Shown here in pieces: positions 41,147-53,300 of a DNA stretch of 64,000 bases; positions within the stretch are counted from its first letter, which is position 1, and every line of letters begins with the position of its first letter. The stretch lies in NCBI GenBank assembly GCA_030704615.1, contig CM060731.1, positions 41,664,001-41,728,000 of the forward strand, in the 5' to 3' direction. A program made the translations under genes and the position numbers. This DNA is from Takakia lepidozioides. Its lineage: Eukaryota; Plantae; Bryophyta. Under the pieces are notes generated by a model, which saw only the letters and a list, made by a program, of their open reading frames with translations, had not been told where the DNA came from and made no database searches.

Positions 41147-41810
41147 ACATGTTTCGACTCGCCGACACTCATGGCACATACATTTTCATTCAGAAATCAA
41201 GCAGCTTCCCTGTGCCATATGGGGAATATACATGCTTGGATAATCTTCTGTTAAGGTTTTTTGCAATTCACTGCCAGTATGCTGGGACGTGTCCTTTGTC
41301 GTATGGATTGCTGTTTGCACAAGGTGCAGTATACAAATGCTGGAATGTGCAGTAGGACCCTTCCCACTGGGACACCGAACTAGCAATCTTGTAAAGGCAT
41401 CACATTTGCAGAACAGTAACAATGTATTTGTAGCAAATTGGAGTCTTCTCATAAAGGTGGACGAAAACGCCAGGATGGGCTGCGAAATCACTACAATTTG
41501 AATGAAGAACAGTAACAAGGAAGCACTATGCAGTACACAGACCATAAATGGCGCTGAAATAGGCCTCAATGCCCGTTAATCTCCACACAATGTATGCTTT
41601 ACTCGGATCCATTTGTAGACAACCAAAATAAAAAAAGCATGCGCATGCCATTCATGGCCAAAAACCACATTCTCATGTATTGCGGCACCGAAATTCACCT
41701 GTAGCCATGGCGATGCGGCACCACCAAGTGTATAATTCCTCACAAAAAAATAGGGTGCAAGAAGATGAATGTAATATAATTGCCACTTTCTCCTTCCCGA
41801 ATGTGGAATG

Positions 41811-42330
41811 TCAAGCAGTCCGACCAGTATCCTGCCGTAGGGCCTTGTGCAGCTCGTTGAAACTCAGTGTTGGAGCATGGATGAAGACGTCCACTGCGGA
41901 TATGCAACTCATGCGCTTCAGAAAAATGTAATAAAGGTGTTTGCAGGGGACGTATGCTGCATTCTTCGATTCCATAACAAGGAAGTCCTTACAGTTGTAA
42001 GCTGGGTACTGTGAAACCGTGATTGCATACACGACGCTGCGCGCAGCAGACCCGGCTGTTGACAATTGAATATGCGCCTCATCCCGGGGTGAAGAACATC
42101 CCTGCAACCTTGCACTATGCAGGGCATTGCAAGAGCGTTGGCCATCCTGGTGTCGTTCGCCTTTGTTGGTGGCCGCCGTCTTTTCAGTTTCCCCCACCGA
42201 TGGGTGGGCCAAGCTGCGGGGTCACCCACCGGTATGCGGGGCGAAGAGCTTCTCGTACGTTACAAAAACGGACGACAACAAGAAGTTCACATCGGATATT
42301 TGGTGCTTGAATTGTAATGTACAACCACTT
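41811..42330 (-). pseudogene. C-terminal SWIM zinc-finger fragment of element X transposase
   Basis: YAITVSQYPAYNCKDF..YVPCKHLYYIFLKRM..FIHAPTLSFNELHK, homologous to 60414-60668. Confidence 0.85.
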
Positions 42331-43032
42331 GGGCTACAATAAATCAGGCCTTCCCATGAATTTCGGCACCGAAATCTGGATGAACATCTCTGTCATGTAA
42401 CAGCTTTGGAAGCAAGTGGATGAATTCCGGCGACAGAAATCGTAATTTGTTCACCTCATAAAACTGACCAAGCACCCAACGGATGGATTTCGGTGCCGAA
42501 TTCGGATGAACATCTTCTTCATCAAATTGTTTCTGCACATAAGGGTTGAATTTGGATGCCAAAATACGGATGAATGTGTTCCTGATTACAGTCGTGATTC
42601 ACCACGTGTCCGGATATCGGTGCCGACATCCGAATGACAGTAATCCTGAATCGGCCGAATGGATGTATTTCGGCGCCGAAATTCATTCTTCATCTCATTT
42701 TCCGACCCTAATTCTGCTGCCCTGCGGATGGATTTCGGTGCCGAAATTCATCTGAAGTCTTTTTTTTTTTCTTTTTTTTTTTCTTTGCGACAGATGAACT
42801 TCGGCGCCGAATCTCATCCATATACTCCCTTCTAATTTTCCTTTTTCTTCGCGAGCAATGAATTTCGGCGCCGAAATAAAAAATCTTCGCGAGCAATGAA
42901 TTCCGGCGCCGAAATTCAACCGACTTCATCCCTCCAAATTCTTTTCAGGGTTTGAGCGCCGGATTTCGGCGCCGAAATTCATCCAATGCCCTCCCTCCAA
43001 TATTGATTTTTCTTTGAAATGGATGAATTTCG

Positions 43033-43500
43033 TTGTCAACATGTATGTTAAGTGCGGGAGCATCATGGATGCTTGCCAAGATTTCTACAGAATGCCTCAG
43101 CAATCTTTGATCATGTGGAATATAATGTTGGCAGGATTTACCAAACATGGGTGTGGTAGGAATGCTTTGGCGACCTATGAGCAAATGTTGCGCAAAGGGG
43201 GTGTCCAACCACATCATGATTCCGCATGTTTGCAATGCGTGTGCAAGCCTGGGACCTCTGGAAAAGGGGAAAGAGGTCCATGGTGACATCATCAAAGTTG
43301 GAATTGTACCAGATGTCATCCTGAACACTCCCCTGGTGGACGTCTATGCCAAATGTGGGTGCATTAAGGATGCGAAGGGAGTTTTCAACACTATGGCTGA
43401 ACCAAATGTGGTGTCATGGAACGCGATGCTTGCAGGGTATGCACATCAGGGACATGGTATGCAGGCTTTGGAGACCTATGATCAAATGATGGGGGAAGGG
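43033..43500 (+). pseudogene. PLS-class PPR fragment, frameshifted
   Basis: VNMYVKCGSIMDA..WNIMLAGF..ACASLGPLEKGKEVHGDII..LVDVYAKCGCIKDAKGVFNTMAEPNVVSWNAMLAGYA. Confidence 0.85.
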
Positions 43501-43534
43501 GGCGCACCTTCTTCAATAGCACAACGGCTACAAG

Positions 43535-44748
43535 TGGGTAGATGGTCAACTGGAAACAGCAATGGCAGCAGCACAATTGATAGAACAAGGCCCACTGCTA
43601 ATGAAGGTACCTTCTTCAACATATTTCACCCTGTTTTCCCCTGCTATCAGAGTCATCCCTAAATTTTCATGTTGAATTCTACAAGTTAGCTCGTTGGTGG
43701 ATCTAAGGTGGTGTTGGAGTGATTTTGACATGTTACTGCCAATGTGGTCGACAGGAAAGTATCGAAAAACAGATAATAGAGATGTGGAGAAGCTCTGGAA
43801 TGAATACGATCCGACCCCAGTCAATGGTGGAACAATCCAGGCAAAAAGGTGAATGCCTGTTGGAAGCAGACGCAAGTCAGCATAGGAACTAGTGTGATAA
43901 GTAGGGTTGGGGTGTTTGCTGGAACAATTCTAGAGTGTTATTTTCAGCTGCTAGCATCAAGGCAAGGATGTATGCATGATTTGTGCAGAGGCATGGATAG
44001 CTGAAGGAGCAGGGAGCAGTGTGGGTCCAGATTCATCCAAGAGGGCCGGATTTCAAGCTCCAGATCACCTACAATTCCCTGTGGAAGCAGCACACACCTC
44101 GCACACACAAGAGGTCATCTTGGGTGCATGGTCAGTCAAATCCTCCATGGGTCATGACACAAGGTTTGAGGACAATGTGGTGAGGGCACCTTCTTCTTCG
44201 ACCTATTTCAGCCTATTTTTCCCTCTCATCAGACCCAGCCCTGAATTTGCATATTGAATGCTGTAAGTTAGCTCGTTGGGTGGATGTGGGGTGGTTTGGA
44301 GTGACTTTGACAAGTTATTGCTGATGTGGCAGCAGGAAAATACCCAAAAATAGATAACAAGATGAAGAGAAGCTTTGGGATGAACACTTTCCGACCCCAG
44401 TCAGTGGGGGGACAATGGAGACAAAAAGGTGAGTGCTTGTTCGACTACAGAGAGAAGCAGTTGCAATTCAGAATTGGAACTACTGTTAAGTCCTAGGTTG
44501 GGGTGTTTTCTGGAAGAACTTCACGCCGTCACTGTCAGCTGCTAACAGCAAGGCTGAGGGATGTATTCATGATCTGTACGCGGGCAAGGATAGCTGAGGG
44601 ACCAGGGATAGAGGTCCAGATTCATGTTCAGGTTCAGGCTGAGGGATCAATAGCTAAAAGAAATCAGCTGGAATAGATGGTCAATTGTTGCAAGTGGAAA
44701 CAGTAGCGGCAGCACAATTGATAGAATGAGGTGCTGCTAATTAATGAA
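43535..44748. repeat. ~0.55-0.6 kb diverged tandem repeat (continues, reverse-complemented, at 49564-50330)
   Basis: atgatttgtgcagagg at 43976 vs atgatctgtacgcggg at 44569; the same blocks occur on the opposite strand at ~49700 and ~50250. Confidence 0.8.
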
Positions 44749-46674
44749 GGCGGTGACTCGGACGACGACTTTGTTCAAGGTCCTGCGACTGCTGCTGCTG
44801 CTACCAAGTCATCGGTCGTCCGGGTTCCTAAGTCAGTTCGGAGTGGGACTGGCTCTGCCAAGAAGTTGGCATTTGAGGGCGAGCCTACACGGCGGTATTC
44901 GGCGGTGACGTTTACGCACAGGCCAAAGCTAGAACCTCCAACCATCATCCAATGCGTCAATGAGAGCTTCCTTGACGCTCTCGCTACCAGGGCGAAGAAG
45001 GTGGCACACAGCAAGTCTCTGGCAAAGCAGAAGGGGAAAGCCAAGAAGAGGGCTGCCGGTACAGAGCCTAAAGACACCCCTGGTTTTGAAGCCATGATGG
45101 AATTCTTCACAGCTGTGAGCACGGATTGCAAGAGCACTCGGGGGGGGGGGGGTTTTGAGGTGGAGAGAGCTTGCGATATGATTCTCCTCGACATTCCAGA
45201 TGGGGAGCTGCTGGAGGGCCTGGATGGTATGCCCAACTGGAACAGGTTTACTGAGGACTACTGGAAAGCCGGGTTTGGGCTGGCGGGGATGCTCCTGGAT
45301 GACGGTGGATGTGTGGTTGTCCTTGCCACAAGAGGGAAGACCACAGAGAATGCGGTGGCAAGATGGACACCGAAAAGTGTCACCCCAGTCCTCCTCAGAA
45401 AATGGTTCTGCATCAATACACAGGGGTTGCGAACAGAGGGCCAAAGTGTAAGTTATCAATCTATTGCATTCACCTCATATTGTGGTGTATCTAAACTAGA
45501 TCCCGGAGTTGATCCCTCTTTTGTTGGATGTGCAGACATTGGTGTTTGAGGCATATTGTTTTGTGAAGAGAGGGTCTACGTTCAAATTCCGCAACAACGG
45601 TCGTCTTGTTGATGCCGTTGTGGACCTTGTTACCTACGATGTCCTCTACAACTATGTGCCCCACTCCAGTATGCCGAAGGACACAAAGACAAGCAAACCG
45701 TGGCGGTACAGCCGGACCCGGAGCCCTGCTTTCATCCAAACCCTCATGGAGACGTGCTCGGATGTCCAAGGGCGGATTCTTGACATCACATGTGGCACGG
45801 GTAAGCCTTCACGTGCTCAGTTTGTCCCCTGGCCCGATTGCAATTGCATGCCGCAAGCTATTAACCGCCCGCTTTGTTCCTCAGGTGCTTCAATGTGGGC
45901 AGGGACGTTGTCCGACAGGCATGTGTTCGCCTTCGAGCCAGATACTGCCCTCCACAACTCGGAACTTGCAGCGGCTGAACGTCTGCCCAAAGAGGAAGAG
46001 GCACCCTCGGAGGATGAGGAAAAATCCGAGAAGGAGCAGGGGGAGGAACAAGTTGGGATCGAGGCCGAGGAGCTCCCGGTTTACGAGTGAGTGGTCGCAT
46101 TGTAAGTTGCCTCCAGATTCGTGAGGCACCTCCCTTCGCTCTCTTATTTCATTGAAAACCCTTTCTGCTTCTGCTGGTATTGACATTCTTGAAGTGGATT
46201 TGTTCTTACTGTAGGATGCCAAGTACTGCAGGAGGGACGTCTACACCGGAGTTCATGGGCAGGAGGAACGTGCCTTTTTTTGCCAGGGGGGATTTCATGC
46301 CTAGTCCAGATAGGGACTACATCCTTCCTACTTATGCTACCCGGCTTGCTTCGGTGTCCATTAGGAGGTCTTCCGAACCTAGTCGTGTACAACAGATTTT
46401 AGACGAGGCAAGCCTCAAGAAAATGAAGATGAGGGAGGAGGCAACAGATATTAGAGCCCGTCGGGCTCGTAGATTTGTCTTGGATTCTGCTGAGGAAAGT
46501 GGGGGAGAAGAGGCAGAAGATTCCCAGGAGGTGAGGTGGACAATCCCCCAAGGAGAGGACGGAATTTTTGAGAGGCATAGTGCAACCGATGCATCACAGA
46601 GCTCGGAGGATGGGGGGGATGAGGGGGATGAGGAAGAAGGAGGGCCAAGTTCCTCGGAAGGTGTAGGAGAGTAG
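44749..46674 (+). pseudogene. 3' half of element Y cargo gene: beta-class N6-adenine/N4-cytosine DNA methyltransferase-like domain plus acidic tail
   Basis: Introns 45448-45535, 45801-45884 and 46087-46214 (GT-AG, in phase). Spliced product has DMILLDIPDG (motif IV-like, 45190-45204), LLDDGGCVVV (motif VI-like), then RSPAFIQTLMETCSDVQGRILDITCGTGASMWAGTLSDRHVFAFEPD (motifs X-I-II). Catalytic-before-SAM order is the beta class. Confidence 0.75.
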
Positions 46675-46885
46675 TTCCCATTCCTGCTATGTCAGTTAGG
46701 ACACACTTGTATAGACGTGGCTTGCCACAAAATTTGCAATAAAATGTTGCATTTCATTGCTATGACGAGTCCACATGACCCTATTTCCGTGCCTCCTAAC
46801 CCTATTTCCGTGGACACACAATGGCCCGCTCATGCTTTTTTTTTTTTCCGCTCATGCTCATGCCGCTCATGAAATAGCAGCCCCC

Positions 46886-47683
46886 GTTTACTGAAGCATC
46901 AAATTGCTTCAGTATCTACTAAGTTCCAATTAATCATGCATTCATTCCACAGCTTCTCTCATGTCTCTCTACACAATATGTTTGTATCGATTAAGTATCA
47001 GCTTAAGATTAATCAAGTATCAGGCCTACACCATGGTGTCCCTAATCTACCCTACTGTATGATTCTAGAGCTTGCATGAATTAAGCCTTAATCAAGTCAT
47101 CATCTCCTCTTCACTGTTCCGCTCTCCGTTACATCTCCTCCTCCCCTGAACAAGTCGCGCTCCTCAAGAAGTGATCCCCTTCATGTTGCCGCCCTGCCTC
47201 ATCTACCTGCAAGCTGTTCTAACCACCTAACTAACTAACCGTCACCCCTGAAGTAACACGTTCCCTCTGCAGATGTCGTTCCCACACAGTCGTTCCCTGT
47301 CAATGATAACTGCTCCTCATGTACGTTGTGACAGGATGTGTTAAGCTGTGCCGAGCTGTGACTGTGTTGAGCTGTGACTGGCTGTGTAAAGCTGTGTCGG
47401 GCTGTGACTGGCTGTGCAAAGCTGTGATAGACTGTGACAGGCTGTGCGAAGCTGTGTCGGGCTTTGTTAGACTGTGTCGGACTGTGTCGGGCTGTGACTG
47501 GCTGTGCGAAGCTGTGTCGAGCTGTGTTAGACTGTGTCGGGCTGTCTACCCCCCCCTAAAGCCTGCGCCTGCCACCCCTAAGGCTCTTGTTGGTCTCAGT
47601 CTACCATCCGTAAGTCTGCGCAAAAATTAAGGGTACCCCACAAAACCCGTAAAAGCGTCTAAGTCCCAAGCAGCCCTCTAACA
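46886..47683 (-). mobile_element. 3' LTR of an LTR element, interrupted by element Y (remaining tip at 61412-61440)
   Basis: Minus strand: polypurine tract GAGAGGGGGAGGGGTAA then TGTTAG at 47683. The complementary end ...GATAACA is at 61440 beyond the Y TSD. Internal ctgtg-periodic repeats at 47325-47545. Confidence 0.75.
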
Positions 47684-47721
47684 TTACCCCTCCCCCTCTC
47701 AAAAAACCGTGTCCTCACGGT

Positions 47722-48705
47722 TTACTGTTTAGGATCAGCAAACCTTTGTGAGCGAGCACCCTTCTGACGGTGAGAGTCTCGTGAAGGACTCCGTGTGCGA
47801 GCCCGAGCTCTGTCACTGGCTGATGGAGGCGATTGAGCACTACCTAGAAATGTCTGACCCTCCTGTGGCTGATAACGAGGTAACCTCTCAGGCATAGGAG
47901 ATCCCCGTCGTTTCTTCTCTGCCATCTGAAGTGCATAGTCCTCTGCCATGTCAAAAGAGTCCTCTGAAGAGTTAGTAGTATCAGAATCATCGTCCCCCCT
48001 TAACTGTTTTAACGGCCGAACTTGAAGTGGCTTCTCCGGAATCCTGCGTGGCATACAATGTTGGCCCACCATGTCTGGAAGCTTAAACTGTACTACTTGC
48101 TGTAAGCGCGTGCAAGCAAACTGAGTAAATGCTCTGAACTCCTTAGCCGTATAGGTGAGAGGTGTGCCAATGACTTTGGAATAGTGTAAGTATTTCCAGG
48201 CTTCATGTCCCTTATAGAAAATATCATCAGGGCTGAATTTCTCCATTGCCAAGGTGTTCCAAGCCAAATTAAACCAAGAACGAAGTTGGGAATCCTTCTG
48301 CATCATAACCTTTGCATCATATAGGTACATATGAGGTGGCACTGAAGGTAAGACCCAATGATCCCCACTGGAATAACTCTGAAATCGTGATTGCATCTTC
48401 TACTGCTCAATGTGATAACGTGCGATGAAACAAGCCGCATAGTATAATCCACAGCCCATGACAATACTAGATACCTCCTTGGTCTTGGTATAGATGTACC
48501 CATGTACAACCTGGAAGGCAATTAATTCCTTCAGCATGGTACCTGCCTCAGACCAGTACCTTGCAAAGTGATGATCCTCAATGGGTCGATTGTTCGGAAG
48601 AACCTTAGTCCGAGTTGCCACTGGCAACCAAATGCGCATGATTTGGTAGTAATGTGCCAACGACTGCGGAGGACTAAATTCCTTCACTAGAAGCATTCGT
48701 GTCAT
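47722..48705 (-). pseudogene. ~325-codon ORF of unknown function directly upstream of the PPT (one internal stop)
   Basis: ORFs 48400-48705 and 47722-48396 are in the same frame, separated by a single TAG; ends ~20 bp before the PPT. Confidence 0.55.
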
Positions 48706-50329
48706 TTACTACTGGGGTAACGACTCATTTTGAGTCGTAAAAGTCAAAAAACTGGGATCGACTAGAAGTTACAAACGACTAGTTACAACAGACGTGGAAG
48801 TTGGGTCGGACATCCAATGTTTGGAGTGGTAAAGGACGCAGACGCACGAACAACTGCTCAGCGATTATTGCGATTAATGCTGAAGAACCACGTGGCGTAA
48901 CCAGGCGGGCCACCCGTGTGTCTGACCTTTTGGACTGACTTTGACTTTTCCCTCCAGGATGAGTGGACTGACGCACCGGAGTGCGGTGACATATGGATGC
49001 GGACGTGGACGACGATGTGGACGCCGACGTGGCGGCGCCACGGTGAGCAGCACTGCTGCCACGTGGCCACGGGCCTGGGACACCATGTGGTAATTGACCA
49101 CATAACTTGCAGTGCTACATGCCCAGTGGCAACTGCGACTGCCGAAGTCGGCGCTACCACTGTTTTACTACTTTAAATGAAGTGCTCAAAATTACTTGAA
49201 CAATCACTCATAGTGGTTCATGCTTTGAAGTTTTGGTGTTTGTAATGAGCCGACTAGTACATATGCATGTAATGCCATACAAGAGAACTAATCATGTCAT
49301 TAGAAATGCGAAAACAATGAAAGACATGCCATGAAACAAAACAAAATGAAAATGAAATGAAATGAAACAAATGGTACTTTCTTACATTTGCGGAAAGCTC
49401 AAAGAGCTTATGATACAAAATGAAAAAATCAAAGTAAAAAAGCAGCCCAAAGCTACTACTGCTCTGGGGATTGCCTAAGGGTCAAGGCCTTATGCAGGTA
49501 AGCTGCCAAGCAATGTGATCCTCATAATGCAAGGCTCAGTGTCAGATTGAGTCCCATGGAATAGACCATCTACCCATGCAGGTTTCTTGTAGCTATTGAT
49601 CCACAGGGAATCATAGGTAATCTTGTGCTTGAAATCTGGCCCTCTTGGATGAATCTGGACCCACACTCTCTTTGCTCCTTCAGCTACACATGCCTTTGCA
49701 CAAATCATGCATTCATCCTTGCCTCGCTGCTAGTAGCTGACAATGACAGCCTCGATTTATTCTAGGAAACATCCAACTCAGCTTCTCACACTAGTTCCTA
49801 TGCTGAATGCGTCTGCTAGTCTATGAAATGTAACAGGTATTCACCTTTTTGCCTTGATTGTCCCATCATTGACTGGGGCAGAATAGTATTCATTCCACAA
49901 CTTCTCCTCATCTCTGTTACTTGTTTTTTGATACTTTCCTGTTGTCACATTGGCAGTATCATGTCAAAGTCACTCCAAACTAGATTCACTCAACTAGCTA
50001 ACTTGCAGAATTCAACATGGAAATTTAGGGCCGATTCTGATTAGAGGGAAAAACAAGGTGAAATGTGTTGAATAAGATGTCTTCATTAGCAGTGTCTGAT
50101 TTTATAAATTGTGCCGCTGCTGCCAGTTGACCATCTACCCATGCAGGTTTGTTGTAGCTATAGAGTCAATCTGGAGCTTGAAGCCCGGCCCTCTTGGGTG
50201 AATCTACACCCACACTCTATCCCTGCTCCTTCAACTATCTATACCTCAAATCATGCATATATCATTGTCTTGCTGCTAGCAGCTGATGATGACAGCCTAG
50301 ATTTGTTCTTACACCCCAACCCTATTTGG

Positions 50330-53300
50330 AAGCAAATGTTCCAGATGCCACTCCTTCACAATAACGTCAGTGTACATGGAGTCAGCCCCAGGGTCCCTCC
50401 ATGCCAGGAAGAATGGTGGCTCGAAAGACAGATGACCTTTCTCCAAAAGGGAGAACTTACAGTACCTGCATTCATGAAAAACACAGAATGAGGTCCCTGA
50501 ACTGGAAATTTGGCACCATTTTCCCAGGTTGGGGCGGAACTGACTGGGCCTAGAACTAGAAAAATGACGCCGAATTTCGGTTTTCGGTGCTAGCCACGCT
50601 AGGGACAGCCATTTTGGGAGCCGTGAACTGGAAATTCGGCGCCATTTTCCCAGGTCCGGGTCAAAAATGGCTAAGTCCCTGAACTGACTGGCCCTGGAAT
50701 TGGAAAAATGGCGTCGAATTTCGGTTTTCGGTGCCAGCCACCCTAGGGACTTCGCCCTGAACTGACTGGCCCTGGAATTGGAAAAATGGCGCCAAATTTT
50801 GGTTTTCGGTGCCAGCCACCCTAGGGACTTAGCCATTTTGGGAGCCGTGAACTGGAAATTCGGCGCCATTTTCCCAGGTCCGGGCCGAAAATGCCTAAGT
50901 CCCTAAACTGACTGGCCCTGGAATTGGAAAAATGGCGCCGAATTTCGGTTTTCGGTGCCAGCCACCCTAGGGACTTAGTCATTTTGGGAGCCCTGAACTG
51001 GAAATTCGGCGCCATTTTCCTAGGTCCGGGCCGAAAATGCCTAAGTCCCTGAACTGACTGGCCCTGGAATTGGAAAAATGGCGCCGAATTTTGGTTTTCG
51101 GTGCCAGCCACCCTAGGGACTTAGTCATTTTGGGAGCCCTGAACTGGAAATTCGGCGCCATTTTCCCAGGTCCGGGCCAAAAATGCTTAAGTCCCTGAAC
51201 TAACTGGCCCTGGAATTGGAAAAATGGCGCCGAATTTCGGTTTTCGGTGCCAGCCATCCTAGGGACTTAGCCATTTTGGGAGCCGTGAACTGGAAATTCG
51301 GCGCCATTTTCCCAGGTCCAGCCCGAAAATGGCTAAGTCCCAGAACTGACTGGGCCTTGAACTGGAAAAATGGCGCCGAATTTCGGTTTTCGGTGCCAGC
51401 CACTCTAGGGACTTAGCCATTTTGGGTGCCCTGGACTGGAAATTCGGCGCCATTTTTCCAAGGACCAATTTTTATGCGCCACATGAGGCCTCTAACATCA
51501 TGAAATGCAAGGACTTGAAAGGAAGGCATCGCGTATGTACCTGTATAGAAGACGCATTGCTGCTTTGTCCGCGTTTGGCTGGTCGGTGAACTCGTGGCTC
51601 CGGCGGGCATGGGGTATCTCCCGAAAGAATAGGTCGGATTTGTACAGTAGAAAGTACCTCGTCACATAGTCGAGTAGGCTCTCTGCTGCAGGAGAAGTCT
51701 CCATCTTGAACTGATGTGCTTGTGTGTCCAGCTGCTCTTGCGCATTCGTCGTCACCTATGGAGATTCTCCATCAGATCGCTTTCCTGAAAAAATACAATG
51801 AATCCACCCCCTACAAGAGTAGAAGCGCCAAACGAAGCGTGGGGAAGTACCTGAAACCACCATGTCATGCGGTTCATCCACATGTCGAATGTCGGGTCAG
51901 ACAGGTTGTCCGGTTTGGGGAAGCTCCACATGTCCCTTGTACTTTGGGAACCATTCCAGATTTGGAGCCACCGGGTCTGTCCAACCACCCAGCATATTCG
52001 TAAGCGCCAAACACCACAAAAACAACTTGTTGCCACCACAATTTGGTTAAGAATGTTTCACCTTTTCTGTTGCATCCACACAGGATGTGGCTAGACGATG
52101 GAGCTTCTCCAATGTTATCGTGGGCTTTAGAGTGCGGGAGTAGTGCTTCCCCACCTCCACCAGAAAGTCGGCACCAAGGGCGGGATCAGCTATGGCCACG
52201 TACTTTACCATCCGCGACTTGTACTTTATGCGGGCCCTGGCCTCCGCAACTTTGAGATACGATTCGAGTGCCGGGAGGGTTAGATTCTTCTCCTCTGACT
52301 CCATGTAGAACCTCCGCGCATGTGCCAAATCCTGCTGAATTTTCGTCTGTCAAGAATGCGCACATAAGATTAGAGATCCTGCTCAACACTTTTTCTTCTA
52401 TTGGGGGAGGAGAGACAGATTAGCTCAACAAAACACTCAGGAGCTTTACCCGAAATATGTAGTCCACCATGGCGTCCATGCTCAGTCTATACCAGGTTCT
52501 GTCTGCCTTTGCCTCCGACTTGCGCAGGAGGTCGGCACTGAGTGAGTTGGCAAACTCTTGCACCCCTTGCTTCCCGACATCCTTCACTCGGAAGAGCATA
52601 TGGGACAAGTTGGTGGCAATGAAGGCATTCTCAGTCACCCTGCAATGCCACATTTCCATCAAACATACCTGAAATGGGAATTTTGAACAAATATGAGGAT
52701 TCGCAATGAAATGACTTACAAATATTGGGTCCAAAAGCAAGAGGCGTTGTAACTTACGAGTTGATGTCCGCCATTGCAGCTTTGAGAAGACTGCGATCTT
52801 TGGCCCCCGCAACCTTCAGCACAACACACTCCACGGCGAAATGCCAATCGAGGTCGTTGGGGTGGGCTTCGGCTATGTGCTCCATCCATGCCAGGAGGCG
52901 ATGATTGCCGTCCCACACGTAAAACATCTTTCCGGACAAGTGCTGGAAAAGAGGATCAGTAGCAATCGATCTCTCGAACTCCTCATTTCGCCTTTGCCAA
53001 TGGGGACCCCATTTGTCCACCTCATCAGAAGTGTGGGCACGGGAAGCTCCGTGGTCGTTCTCAATGGAAACGTAAAACGCGACAGACCCCATTCAATATT
53101 CATCCCGGAAAGAGAATTTCAGCTTGTCGATATCGCCTGGGAGTGCAGGTCTCACCACCTGCAATGACACCAAGCGGCAAAGGGGAATTCGAAGCTTGGT
53201 CGGGTACACCATGCCCCCCAGCACCCTGCCAATGTTGCTGTGGGTTGCCTCCAACATCTTGGCAGCGGCCAACTTTCATATCCGCCTCCGACATGACGTT

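Larger units (their letters stand above)
39744..43032. mobile_element. MULE-like element X, right part (inverted)
   Basis: Terminus gggggttgctattccatgagc; its flank is the reverse complement of the 34252-34260 flank; contains the SWIM end of the transposase and X-type motifs. Confidence 0.8.
43535..46885. mobile_element. MULE-like element Y, left part (inverted)
   Basis: Terminus gctcatgaaatagcagccccc at 46865-46885; flank gtttactg is the reverse complement of cagtaaac at 61411-61418; holds the 3' half of the cargo gene. Confidence 0.8.
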
